In this document: piece by piece, positions 1-12,991 of the stretch
Layout of the letters: every line of letters starts with the position of its first letter
How positions within the stretch are numbered: the first letter of the stretch is position 1
Assembly: GCA_027056825.1 (NCBI GenBank)
Contig: JALUJS010000173.1
Span: 2,743-33,839 of the forward strand
Length of the DNA: 31,097 bases
Direction: 5' to 3'
From: Candidatus Krumholzibacteriia bacterium
Lineage (GTDB): Bacteria; Krumholzibacteriota; Krumholzibacteriia; LZORAL124-64-63
The notes under the pieces: model-generated
What the model was told of the DNA's origin: nothing
Database searches by the model: none
Seen by the model: only the letters and a program-made list of their open reading frames with translations
Program-made: the position numbers and the translations under genes

Positions 1-223
1 GTTTGGCCGATTTGTGCCTTCACGGATTGCCCGAGGTGATCATGCCCCAAAAAGACTGTGAAGGATATTTTCAAAATGGATAGACCATGTCTATTATGGC
101 CATAAATATCAACATGTTACCTCCCTATCGCCGACAAATAATCCTCAACCCGGATCGATCCCGGCCGATATCCGGGAAACCGAGGGAGAGAACATGGCTC
201 CAGTAGTGAGGGAGTAACGGGAA

Positions 224-1900
224 ATGATGTCGTTCGTTGAAGAACTGGAGATCCTGGGGAGCCGGATTGACGAATTGGGCGATGATGCGGGATCCGCAGC
301 CGGCGCCGATGTGAACCCCGAGCGCGAAACGCGCGAGGCCGTGGGCCGGATCCTTGATGTGGCCATGACCCCGATGAACGTAGTCAAGCAGCTGCACGAG
401 ATGCTCAACGTGTTGATGGAGATTTCGTGGCTGCGGGTGAAAAATAAGGGTGCAATTTTTGTCGCCAACGGCAGGCGGGAACTAGTCATGGTGGCGCAAA
501 AGGGTCTTGACGGGGCTCTTCACGCAACCTGCGCCAAGATCCGTTTCGGGCAGTGCCTGTGCGGCCAGGCCGCGCAGGAAAAGCGGATCATCATGAAAAA
601 CTGCGTCGATCACGATCATCACATCACGTTCGAGGGGATGACGGACCACGGGCACTACTGCGTGCCCCTGCTGGACAACCAGGACGAAATCATCGGGGTG
701 ATGGTGCTCTACCTCAAGGCCGGCCACCAGGGCAGCGAGGAAGAGCAGAGCCTGATGAAAATGCTGGGCAGGGTCGCATCGGGTGTCCTTCTGAACCGCA
801 CCCTGGGGTTGAGGGCGCAGATCAACCGCATTCGCCTGGAGCATGCCCAGTTCGACGTCATCCACAAGCTGGTGGCCGCTTCGGAATACCGGGACAACGA
901 AACCGGGGAGCACATCAAGAGGATGGCTCGTTACTCCGTGGTGCTCGGACGGGGCCTGGGGCTGTCCCGGTCCGAGTTGAAAACCCTGGAGATGGCCGCT
1001 CCCCTGCACGACATCGGCAAGATCGGCGTTCCGGACCGGATCCTGTTGAAGCAGGGCAAGCTCACGGACGAGGAACGGGGTGAGATGCAGTCCCACACGA
1101 CCATCGGCAGCGGGATCCTCGTCGGGATCCATCCTCTGCTGGTTACGGGACGACAAATCGCCGTGAGCCATCATGAAAAATGGGACGGGACGGGGTACCC
1201 CAACGGCCTGAAAGGGGAGGACATTCCCCTGGCGGGGAGGATATGCGCCCTGGCGGACGTGTTCGACGCGTTGACGTCCGCGCGCCCCTACAAGGAGGCC
1301 TGGCCTTTCGACAAGGCGGTTGCGTGGATCGTGGATAAATCAGGGACGCATTTCGACCCCGCGGTGGTCCGGGCCTTTGTGGACGGCCTGGATGAAATCA
1401 GGGAAATTTACCTGATATACGGCGAAGGCCATGCGGACGAGGACTGCACCAGGCTCCCGGATACAATCCAGGTCCAGGAGCCGGTCATGTGCTGGGACGA
1501 ATCCATGTCGGTCGGGGTTGCCTCCATTGACAAGCAACACCAGTTCCTCATCAACCTCATCAACCGGGTTCACTACGCCATCGAGGCCTACCGTCCGCGG
1601 GACATCGTTGACGCCCTGCTGGCCATGAAGTCATATGCCGAAGTCCATTTCGATGAGGAAGAAAAGCTCATGGAAGAGGCCGGGTACCCGGACCTCGAAA
1701 AACACCGCCGCATCCACCACTCGTTCTTCCACAAGACCGAATCCTTCCTCTCGGAACTGGAGGAATCACCTCTGGCTATATGCACCGAAACCGGTCATTA
1801 CCTGACCCGCTGGCTCATGGACCACATCAAGGGAGAAGACAGGGGATATATCCCGTATGTCCTCTCCCGGGCACAGGATGTTGAACCTGTATCCACATAG
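224..1900 (+). CDS. GAF + HD-GYP c-di-GMP phosphodiesterase with C-terminal bacteriohemerythrin domain
   Basis: GAF-like N-terminus (GAIF...GQCLCGQAA). HD-GYP motifs SEYRDNETGEH, HDIGKIG, HHEKWDGTGYP, DVFDALTSARPYK. Hemerythrin motifs WDESMSVGVASIDKQH, HFDEEE, HRRIH, HIKGED. Confidence 0.9.
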   Translation: MMSFVEELEILGSRIDELGDDAGSAAGADVNPERETREAVGRILDVAMTPMNVVKQLHEMLNVLMEISWLRVKNKGAIFVANGRRELVMVAQKGLDGALHATCAKIRFGQCLCGQAAQEKRIIMKNCVDHDHHITFEGMTDHGHYCVPLLDNQDEIIGVMVLYLKAGHQGSEEEQSLMKMLGRVASGVLLNRTLGLRAQINRIRLEHAQFDVIHKLVAASEYRDNETGEHIKRMARYSVVLGRGLGLSRSELKTLEMAAPLHDIGKIGVPDRILLKQGKLTDEERGEMQSHTTIGSGILVGIHPLLVTGRQIAVSHHEKWDGTGYPNGLKGEDIPLAGRICALADVFDALTSARPYKEAWPFDKAVAWIVDKSGTHFDPAVVRAFVDGLDEIREIYLIYGEGHADEDCTRLPDTIQVQEPVMCWDESMSVGVASIDKQHQFLINLINRVHYAIEAYRPRDIVDALLAMKSYAEVHFDEEEKLMEEAGYPDLEKHRRIHHSFFHKTESFLSELEESPLAICTETGHYLTRWLMDHIKGEDRGYIPYVLSRAQDVEPVST

Positions 1901-2033
1901 CCCGCCTGTGTGACGGGGCCCCCGGCGGCCGCCGGTCACCGATGACGGTCGTCATGGAACCCCCTCCCGGCGCCCGGCCGGGTGGGGTCTCCCCCCCTTG
2001 TCCGGAACCTGTCCGGAAACCTGCCGTCATTTT

Positions 2034-2061
2034 TTGACATCTCTTGTCATTTGACCATCTT
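2034..2061 (+). promoter_or_regulatory. Putative sigma70 promoter of the atp operon
   Basis: TTGACA at 2034-2039, 16-nt spacer, then an imperfect -10 (CATCTT, 2056-2061), about 70 nt upstream of atpI. Confidence 0.4.
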
Positions 2062-2131
2062 TACCTGCGATCAGGCGCCCCGAACTGGCGGGTCGCCCGA
2101 CCACGCACCCGAGCAAGAGGAAATCGCCGTT

Positions 2132-2587
2132 TTGAACGCATCTCTCCTTGCCCGAGTCCGCTTATGGACTATTTTACTCGCGATACCGGCGGCCGGCGCA
2201 TGTTGGCCGCTTTTGTCCGGCGCCTTCGCCCTGGGCGTTCTGGCGACGGCCCTGTGGGCGGTGGCGGGTTTCTTCGTCCTGGAGCGGCTGCTGCAGGCGG
2301 CGGTTGTTCCTCCGGGGGCTCCCCGCAACGGATTCACCGTATTTCTGTGGGGCGTGGCGAAATTGGCTATTTACGGACTTGCGGTGTGGGTGTTATTTTC
2401 CCGCCCGTTCCCGGGGATGAGCCATGTCGTCGGCCTGACGATCATGATCGCCGTCCTGGCCGTCATCGGAGCCGGGGCGCGGTCCCGGGAAATCAAGGAT
2501 CTGAAGTCCGGACAACAGGTCACCCCCTCCGGCATCACCCCTGGTCATTCACGGGAAGCGCGGGATGGACGCGATGACGAGGATTAA
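2132..2587 (+). CDS. atpI: ATP synthase accessory protein I (AtpI-like, about 4 TM helices)
   Basis: Hydrophobic ORF directly upstream of atpB. TTG start at 2132 chosen after GAGG at 2117-2120; the ORF-track start at 1982 lies in the promoter region. Confidence 0.7.
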   Translation: MNASLLARVRLWTILLAIPAAGACWPLLSGAFALGVLATALWAVAGFFVLERLLQAAVVPPGAPRNGFTVFLWGVAKLAIYGLAVWVLFSRPFPGMSHVVGLTIMIAVLAVIGAGARSREIKDLKSGQQVTPSGITPGHSREARDGRDDED

Positions 2588-2588
2588 G

Positions 2589-3647
2589 ATGAGCGGGAAA
2601 ACATCCCTGGCCCTGTGTGCGACCCTGATCCTCGCCTTCGGGGTGTTCGGCGCCGCTTCCCCTGCGGCGGCCCAGCATGACGCCCACCATGACGCGGCCC
2701 AGGCCCACGAACAGGTCCATCAGCAGGCCGACGAGCACCACGCCCATGATGACGCCGCGGTCGCTCACGCCGGGGATGAGGCCCACGCCGAACACACCGA
2801 ACACACCGAACACGCCGAGCATGGCGAACACGAAGGCGGTCACGCCGGCGCCCACCTGCCCAACCTGGTGAGCCTCATCGCCGAATTGCTGCCGCCTTCG
2901 GTGGCCGCGGTGCTGGAAAACTTCATCGATCCCATCTTCAGCCTGCTCATGGCCCTGCTGGTGAGCATCTTCTTCATCGTGCTGGCCCGGCAGTTGTCGG
3001 TGCGCAACCCCGGCCGCAAGCAGATGTTCGTCGAATTGTTCTTCGGTTGGCTTTACGACCTGTTCCGCGAGGTGCTGGGCGACGAGGCCCGCCGCTACAC
3101 GCCCTACCTGGGCACCCTGTTCATCTTCATCCTGGTGAACAACTTCTGCGGGATGCTGCCCCTGGGTCACTCGGCCACCAGCAGCTTCGCCACCACCACC
3201 TTCGCCCTGGGCGCCCTGACCTTCCTCTACGTGCAGGGCATCGCCCTGAAGAAGAACGGGATCGTGGGCTACCTGCACCACATGGCCGGCTCGCCCACCA
3301 CCGGGCTGGAGTGGGGCTTCTCCGTGCTGCTGTTCCCCCTGCACCTGCTGGGCGAGCTGATCAAGCCCATCAGCCTCAGCCTGCGTCTGTTCGGCAACAT
3401 CTTCGGGGAAGACACCCTGGTGGCCACCATGGTGCTGATGGGAACCGGCATCATCTACAAGTTGACCGGAGCGGGCACCCTTTCGGGTTACCTGCCGGGG
3501 ATTCCCCTGCAGTTCCCGTTCTACTTCCTGGGCCTGTTGTCCAGCACCATCCAGGCGCTGGTCTTCACGCTCCTGTCCACGGTTTACATTGCCCTGTGGC
3601 TCCCCCACGGCGATCACGGCGATCACGGGGAGGCCCACGGGCATTGA
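2589..3647 (+). CDS. atpB: F0 subunit a with N-terminal signal peptide and His-rich extensions
   Basis: PISLSLRLFGNIFGED (essential Arg) and STIQALVFTLL motifs. ATG 2589 follows GAGGA at 2579-2583. Confidence 0.95.
   Translation: MSGKTSLALCATLILAFGVFGAASPAAAQHDAHHDAAQAHEQVHQQADEHHAHDDAAVAHAGDEAHAEHTEHTEHAEHGEHEGGHAGAHLPNLVSLIAELLPPSVAAVLENFIDPIFSLLMALLVSIFFIVLARQLSVRNPGRKQMFVELFFGWLYDLFREVLGDEARRYTPYLGTLFIFILVNNFCGMLPLGHSATSSFATTTFALGALTFLYVQGIALKKNGIVGYLHHMAGSPTTGLEWGFSVLLFPLHLLGELIKPISLSLRLFGNIFGEDTLVATMVLMGTGIIYKLTGAGTLSGYLPGIPLQFPFYFLGLLSSTIQALVFTLLSTVYIALWLPHGDHGDHGEAHGH
2787..2831 (+). repeat. 9-bp tandem repeat x5 (xEH codons) inside atpB
   Basis: GCCGAACAC ACCGAACAC ACCGAACAC GCCGAGCAT GGCGAACAC, encoding AEH-TEH-TEH-AEH-GEH. 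Confidence 0.85.
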
Positions 3648-3723
3648 GGGGGCCGCAAGGCCCGCAACGGCGGGGCAACCCGCGAGCTTGAACGCGCAAC
3701 GCACGCGCCAAAAGGAGACGACA

Positions 3724-3951
3724 ATGACTGGGAACATTGTGGGACTGGCTCTTCCGATTGGTCTGGGCCTGGCGGCCCTGGGTAGCGGACTCGGCCTGGG
3801 CAAGGCCATCGAGGGCGGCATGAACGCCATGGGGCGTCAGCCCGAAGCCATTGGTCAGATCCAGACGGCCATGATCATCGGCTGCGCCTTCATCGAGGCC
3901 CTGACGATCTACTCGCTGATCGCCACCCTCATGCTGATGGGCAAGGTCTAA
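3724..3951 (+). CDS. atpE: F0 subunit c (75 aa), H+-type
   Basis: GLGLG helix, RQPE loop and FIEALTIY carrying the ion-binding Glu. AAGGAG precedes ATG 3724. Confidence 0.97.
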   Translation: MTGNIVGLALPIGLGLAALGSGLGLGKAIEGGMNAMGRQPEAIGQIQTAMIIGCAFIEALTIYSLIATLMLMGKV

Positions 3952-4055
3952 GCGACGGGAACTCATCCCGCGTGCGTTGATCGGAGGGGGACGGCCCGAC
4001 CGTCCCCGCTTCGGCCGACGAAACCGGTTTTTCCCATCCGGAAGGTGAATCCGTC

Positions 4056-4556
4056 ATGGATATGGTAATGCCCAAACTTCCCCAGCTGCTGACCACCGCG
4101 GTGGGCTTCCTGCTGTTCGTGTGGGTGCTGGCCAAGTTCGCCTGGGGTCCGATCCTGAACCTGCTCGACCAGCGGCGCGAGAAGATCGAGTCCGACTTCA
4201 AGGCCGCCGAGTCGAACCTCGCCGAGTCCGAGCAGCTCAAGCACGAGTTCGAACTCAAGCTGAGCGACATCAAGGTCATCGAGCGGGAGAAGGTCCAGGA
4301 GGCGGTCAAGAAGGGCGAGCAGCTGAGCGAGTCCATCGTCACCAAGGCCCGCCACCAGGCCGAGGAAGTCAAGCACAAGGCCGAGCAGGACATCGACATG
4401 GAACTGCACAAGGCCCAGCTCGAGCTGCGGGACTCGGTGGTGGATATGGCCATCGGGGCCGCGGAGAAGGTCATCGGCGAGCGGCTGGACGACGAACTGC
4501 ACCGCAAGCTGATCCTCCAGTACATCGAACAGGTCGGGGAGCAGCCCCATGCGTGA
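4056..4556 (+). CDS. atpF: F0 subunit b
   Basis: N-terminal TM, then WGPILNLLDQRREKI and a charged coiled coil; expected operon position. Confidence 0.95.
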   Translation: MDMVMPKLPQLLTTAVGFLLFVWVLAKFAWGPILNLLDQRREKIESDFKAAESNLAESEQLKHEFELKLSDIKVIEREKVQEAVKKGEQLSESIVTKARHQAEEVKHKAEQDIDMELHKAQLELRDSVVDMAIGAAEKVIGERLDDELHRKLILQYIEQVGEQPHA

Positions 4557-5097
4557 TCGCAAGGTCGCAACGAGATACGCGGGGGCCCTGCTGGCTTCGG
4601 CCAAGGAGGCCGGCGTACTCGACGGCGTGGCCGAGTCGTTCGCCGCGGTTGACGCCGTGGTGCGCGACAACCGCGACCTGGTGGTGTTCCTGGACAGTCC
4701 CCAGGTGCCGGTGGCGGAGAAGAAGAAGCTCCTGAAGGACGTGTTCGGCGGCAAGATCGAGGATCTGCTGCTGACCTTCTTCTACCTGCTGATCGACAAG
4801 AACCGCATCGAGAACCTGCGCGACATCGCCGAGGTCTTCGCCGACCTGGTCGAACAGGAACGCGGGGTGCTGCGCGCGGGCGTGGTCACCGCGGTGCCGC
4901 TGGCCGAGGATCTGGAAGCCTCGCTGCGGGACAAGCTGGCGGCGATGACCGGCAAGACGGTCATCCTGGAAAAGAAAGTCGATCCCGGCGTCATCGGCGG
5001 GGTCTGCGTCACCATGGGGGACAGGATCCTCGACGGCACGGTGCGCGCGAACCTGGACCGGCTGCGCAAGCAGCTTGCAGAGGCCCCGGTACGCTGA
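4549..5097 (+). CDS. atpH: F1 subunit delta
   Basis: VATRYAGAL N-terminus and VDPGVIGG...GDRILDGTV C-terminus. Confidence 0.95.
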   Translation: MRDRKVATRYAGALLASAKEAGVLDGVAESFAAVDAVVRDNRDLVVFLDSPQVPVAEKKKLLKDVFGGKIEDLLLTFFYLLIDKNRIENLRDIAEVFADLVEQERGVLRAGVVTAVPLAEDLEASLRDKLAAMTGKTVILEKKVDPGVIGGVCVTMGDRILDGTVRANLDRLRKQLAEAPVR

Positions 5098-5146
5098 CCC
5101 CTGTCGGCGCCGGGAACCCTGAGAGTATTCAACGAGGAGATGGGCA

Positions 5147-6652
<1,506 letters not shown>

Positions 6653-6690
6653 GCCCGCGGCGCAGCGCAACAGAGCGCAGGAGGTAACCC

Positions 6691-9034
<2,344 letters not shown>

Positions 9035-9037
9035 ACC

Positions 9038-9448
9038 ATGGCCCGGTCCTTCAAGGTCGTGATCGTCACCCCGGACAAGACCGCCTACGAGGGCGAAGCC
9101 ATCTCGGCGGTCATCCCGGGTCTGGCCGGATACATCGGCATCTGGGCGAATCACGCGCCCTTGGTTGCCGCGGTGATCCCCGGGGTGGTGACCCTGAAGA
9201 AGGACGATGCCGGCAGCGAGCTGCGCATGGCCGTGGGCAGCGGTTTCGTCGAGGTCTCGGACAACACGGTCAACCTCATGGTCGAGACCTGCGAGGTCGC
9301 CGGCGAAATCGACGTCGATCGCGCGGAGAAGGCCCTGGAACGCGCCCGTCGCCGCCTGGCCGACATGCAGGAGGACATCGACCGCGAACGGGCCCGCCTG
9401 GCCGTGGCCCGCGCCCAGGCGCGGCTGAGAGCCGCCGGGAAGAAATAA
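9038..9448 (+). CDS. atpC: F1 subunit epsilon
   Basis: IVTPD...GIWANHAPL and a C-terminal helical hairpin. Confidence 0.96.
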   Translation: MARSFKVVIVTPDKTAYEGEAISAVIPGLAGYIGIWANHAPLVAAVIPGVVTLKKDDAGSELRMAVGSGFVEVSDNTVNLMVETCEVAGEIDVDRAEKALERARRRLADMQEDIDRERARLAVARAQARLRAAGKK

Positions 9449-9471
9449 ATGTCCTGAATTTTCGGGTAGTG

Positions 9472-9499
9472 AAGGGGCGCTCGCAGGAGCGCCCCTTTT
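9472..9499 (+). terminator. Intrinsic terminator of the atp operon
   Basis: AAGGGGCGCTC-GCAG-GAGCGCCCCTT, an 11-bp perfect stem ending in TTTT. Confidence 0.85.
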
Positions 9500-9680
9500 G
9501 CGTTGAAAACATGAACAGAGGCGCGTTGAAGACTTATACGCGCGCAACTTGCTGCAAAACAAGAGAATGACCCCGTTTCGCCCCGTGGAGCCCCCGCATC
9601 CGCTGATATTTTCTACGATTTTCAGGGCCAGGAAGGTGTTGAATTTTCCGTAAGTTATTTTGGTACAATATGTTAACAAA

Positions 9681-9697
9681 TTGGCACCTCCAATGCA
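9681..9697 (+). promoter_or_regulatory. Sigma54 (-24/-12) promoter of the GcvH-like gene
   Basis: TTGGCACCTCCAATGCA has GG(9683-84)-N10-GC(9695-96) and an intact TGGCAC core. It lies in an AT-rich stretch 66 nt before the ATG. Confidence 0.75.
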
Positions 9698-9762
9698 ATG
9701 CCTTGGGTGACGAAGGCAATGAAAGGCAGGTCCCGCGAGGGACATAGACGGAGGTAAGAACA

Positions 9763-10428
9763 ATGACTGCGATTCTGGTGATCCTCATGGTCGTCGCGAT
9801 CTTCGCCATCGACGCCATCAAGCTCTCCATCAAGCGCCGCCGCGGTGAGGTCGCCGTTCCCGAAGCGGTCCCCTCCTTCTCCGCGGTGAAGTTCCCCAAG
9901 GGGTTGTTCCTCGGCGAGAACCACAGCTGGGCCCGGCTGACCGAGCTGGGCGAGCTGAAGATCGGCATGGACGAGCTGCTGACCCAAGCCCTCGGCTTCG
10001 TGGACGAAGTGGAGGTCGTCCCGGCCGGCACACGGGTGCGCAAGGGTGATCGCCTGGCCACCATCCACCGCCTGGGCCACAAGATCGAGGTGACTTCCCC
10101 GGTGGACGGCACCGTGGTGGCCATCAACGACAACGCCGTCAACGAGCCCTACGGCGTGCATCAGGACCCTTACGGCCGCGGTTGGCTGGCCACGGTCTGG
10201 CCCACCGAGCACACCGAGGCCCTGCGCGACCTGAAGGTCGGCGAACGGGCCGCCGCCTGGCTGAACCACGAGGTCCAGCGCTTCACCGACTTCCTGGTGG
10301 CCCGCACCAGCCCCGAGATGGTTGGCGCCCTGGCGGCCGACGGTGCCCACCCCCTGGTCGGCGCGGCCTGCAGCCTGGACGAGGACGGCTGGAAGGAGTT
10401 CGAACAGGAGTTCGCCCGGATCCGGTAA
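9763..10428 (+). CDS. Membrane-anchored GcvH-fold protein lacking the lipoyl lysine
   Basis: N-terminal TM. HSWA..KIGMD, SPVDGTVVAIN and DPYGRGWL match the glycine cleavage H fold. Carries an extra C-terminal domain. Confidence 0.85.
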   Translation: MTAILVILMVVAIFAIDAIKLSIKRRRGEVAVPEAVPSFSAVKFPKGLFLGENHSWARLTELGELKIGMDELLTQALGFVDEVEVVPAGTRVRKGDRLATIHRLGHKIEVTSPVDGTVVAINDNAVNEPYGVHQDPYGRGWLATVWPTEHTEALRDLKVGERAAAWLNHEVQRFTDFLVARTSPEMVGALAADGAHPLVGAACSLDEDGWKEFEQEFARIR

Positions 10429-10447
10429 TCCGGGGCCAGCCGAACGC

Positions 10448-10477
10448 GCGAGGGGAGGCCATACGGCCTCCCTTCGC
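10448..10477 (+). terminator. Hairpin, probable terminator of the GcvH-like gene
   Basis: GCGAGGGGAGGCC-ATAC-GGCCTCCCTTCGC, a 13-bp stem with one G-U pair, followed by a weak TGTTGT tail. Confidence 0.6.
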
Positions 10478-10517
10478 TGTTGTGCGCGTGGACCCTGGGT
10501 CTCAAATATCTAGATCC

Positions 10518-10559
10518 TTGCCCAGACAATTATTTCAATTGCAATAATTGCCTGGGCAA
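10518..10559. repeat. 42-bp near-perfect palindrome
   Basis: TTGCCCAG-A-CAATTATT-T-CAATTG-C-AATAATTG-C-CTGGGCAA; 19 of 21 symmetric pairs are complementary. Confidence 0.9.
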
Positions 10560-10644
10560 CTATTTAAAAAAACAAGGGACACGACCAGCGCTCGTGTTGC
10601 ACTCAATCAAAAAATACGATCACATGTTTGCTCAGCTACGGATC

Positions 10645-11070
10645 CTACTCCGGAACCCGTCCCTCACCCAGCTCCGGGCCCGCGGGCAGGGCCTTGCGCT
10701 CATGGCAGTCAACGCACGCCACCGGCCCGGCGTCCTCCACGCGATGACAGCCGATGCAGCGCTGGTGGTAGGCCATCTTCAGCGCGGGGGTCTCCGGTTC
10801 GGCGGGGTCGAATTCCTCGCCGTGGCAGTCCGCGCAGGCGATGATGTCGTCGGGGCCGTCGCCGTGGTGGTGGCAGTCGGCGCAGGACTCGGCCAGATCT
10901 ACATGATCGGCATGGGGGAACTCCACCGGACCGAACCAGTAACTCAAGCCGTCGATGGCCACGGTGTCGGGCCCGGTGTCTTCGGGTGTCTGCGCCGTCA
11001 GGGTCGGGGCGCAGAGCAGCAGGCAGGCGGATACGCAGATCAGGACCGCAAGCGACGGTGCGATTCTCAT
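10645..11070 (-). CDS. Tetraheme cytochrome c3 (class III), secreted
   Basis: Sec-type signal. FPHADH distal His pair, and CADCHH, CADCH, YHQRCIGCH, CVDCH heme motifs. Confidence 0.9.
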   Translation of the reverse strand: MRIAPSLAVLICVSACLLLCAPTLTAQTPEDTGPDTVAIDGLSYWFGPVEFPHADHVDLAESCADCHHHGDGPDDIIACADCHGEEFDPAEPETPALKMAYHQRCIGCHRVEDAGPVACVDCHERKALPAGPELGEGRVPE

Positions 11071-11644
11071 GGTTGATCTCCTTTCAGGAAGAACGAAAGG
11101 ATCCCGTCCCGGGGCACGCCCATGATCTCGCTACAGGGCTCGCAGTAGGACGGATCCTTCAGGTCGACGTGTTCGGGCAGAAGCGAGGCGCTCATGGCGC
11201 ACCAGGGAACCTGGCAATGCACGAGGTTGAAGGTGTGGCCGAGCTCGTGGAGGACCTCCTTGAGGATGCGCAGGCGCATGATCTGGGGATCGGCGCGGTC
11301 CCCCTCGAATTCCGGGCGCAGGCGGTGAACCGAGGCCACGCCCACCCGGCCCTTGAGCTGGGCGCTGCCCAGGACGTGGGCGAACACCGGCAGGAACAGG
11401 TCCACGTCGGTCACCCCGATGCGGCGGTGCGCACCCTCGAGAGGGGGCTCCTGCAGCATTGCCAACAGACGGGAGGCCGAGTACTGCCGCCTTTCTTCCG
11501 AGAAGGCCTCGGCGGGGGACAACTCGAAGTCCGCGATCCACACCGGGTGGGCCAGGCACACGGCCAGGTCGCCCCGCAGCCGGCGCAGAAGGGCGGGGGC
11601 CACCGCACCCACCCGGACCAGTTCGAGTCCCCACGGGGCCACGG

Positions 11645-11648
<4 letters not shown>
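11067..11648 (-). CDS. Archaemetzincin-like Zn metalloprotease
   Basis: HELGHTFNLVH zinc motif, CQVPWCAM Met-turn and CEPC Cys cluster; 193 aa, no signal peptide. Confidence 0.85.

Positions 11649-12987
<1,339 letters not shown>

Positions 12988-12991
<4 letters not shown>

Noticed and set aside
9655-9680. dif-like site (ATATGTTAACA resembles a XerD arm)
   Set aside because: No matching XerC arm at the correct spacing; better explained as the AT-rich flank of the sigma54 promoter.
9763-10428. Calling this gene gcvH, or an LbpA of sHdr sulfur oxidation
   Set aside because: The lipoyl Lys is absent, it has a TM anchor and extra domain, and no gcv, lipoate ligase or shdr genes are nearby.
10480-11076. 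198-aa plus-strand ORF spanning the palindrome
   Set aside because: No RBS or recognisable motif, and mostly antisense to the cytochrome c3 gene.
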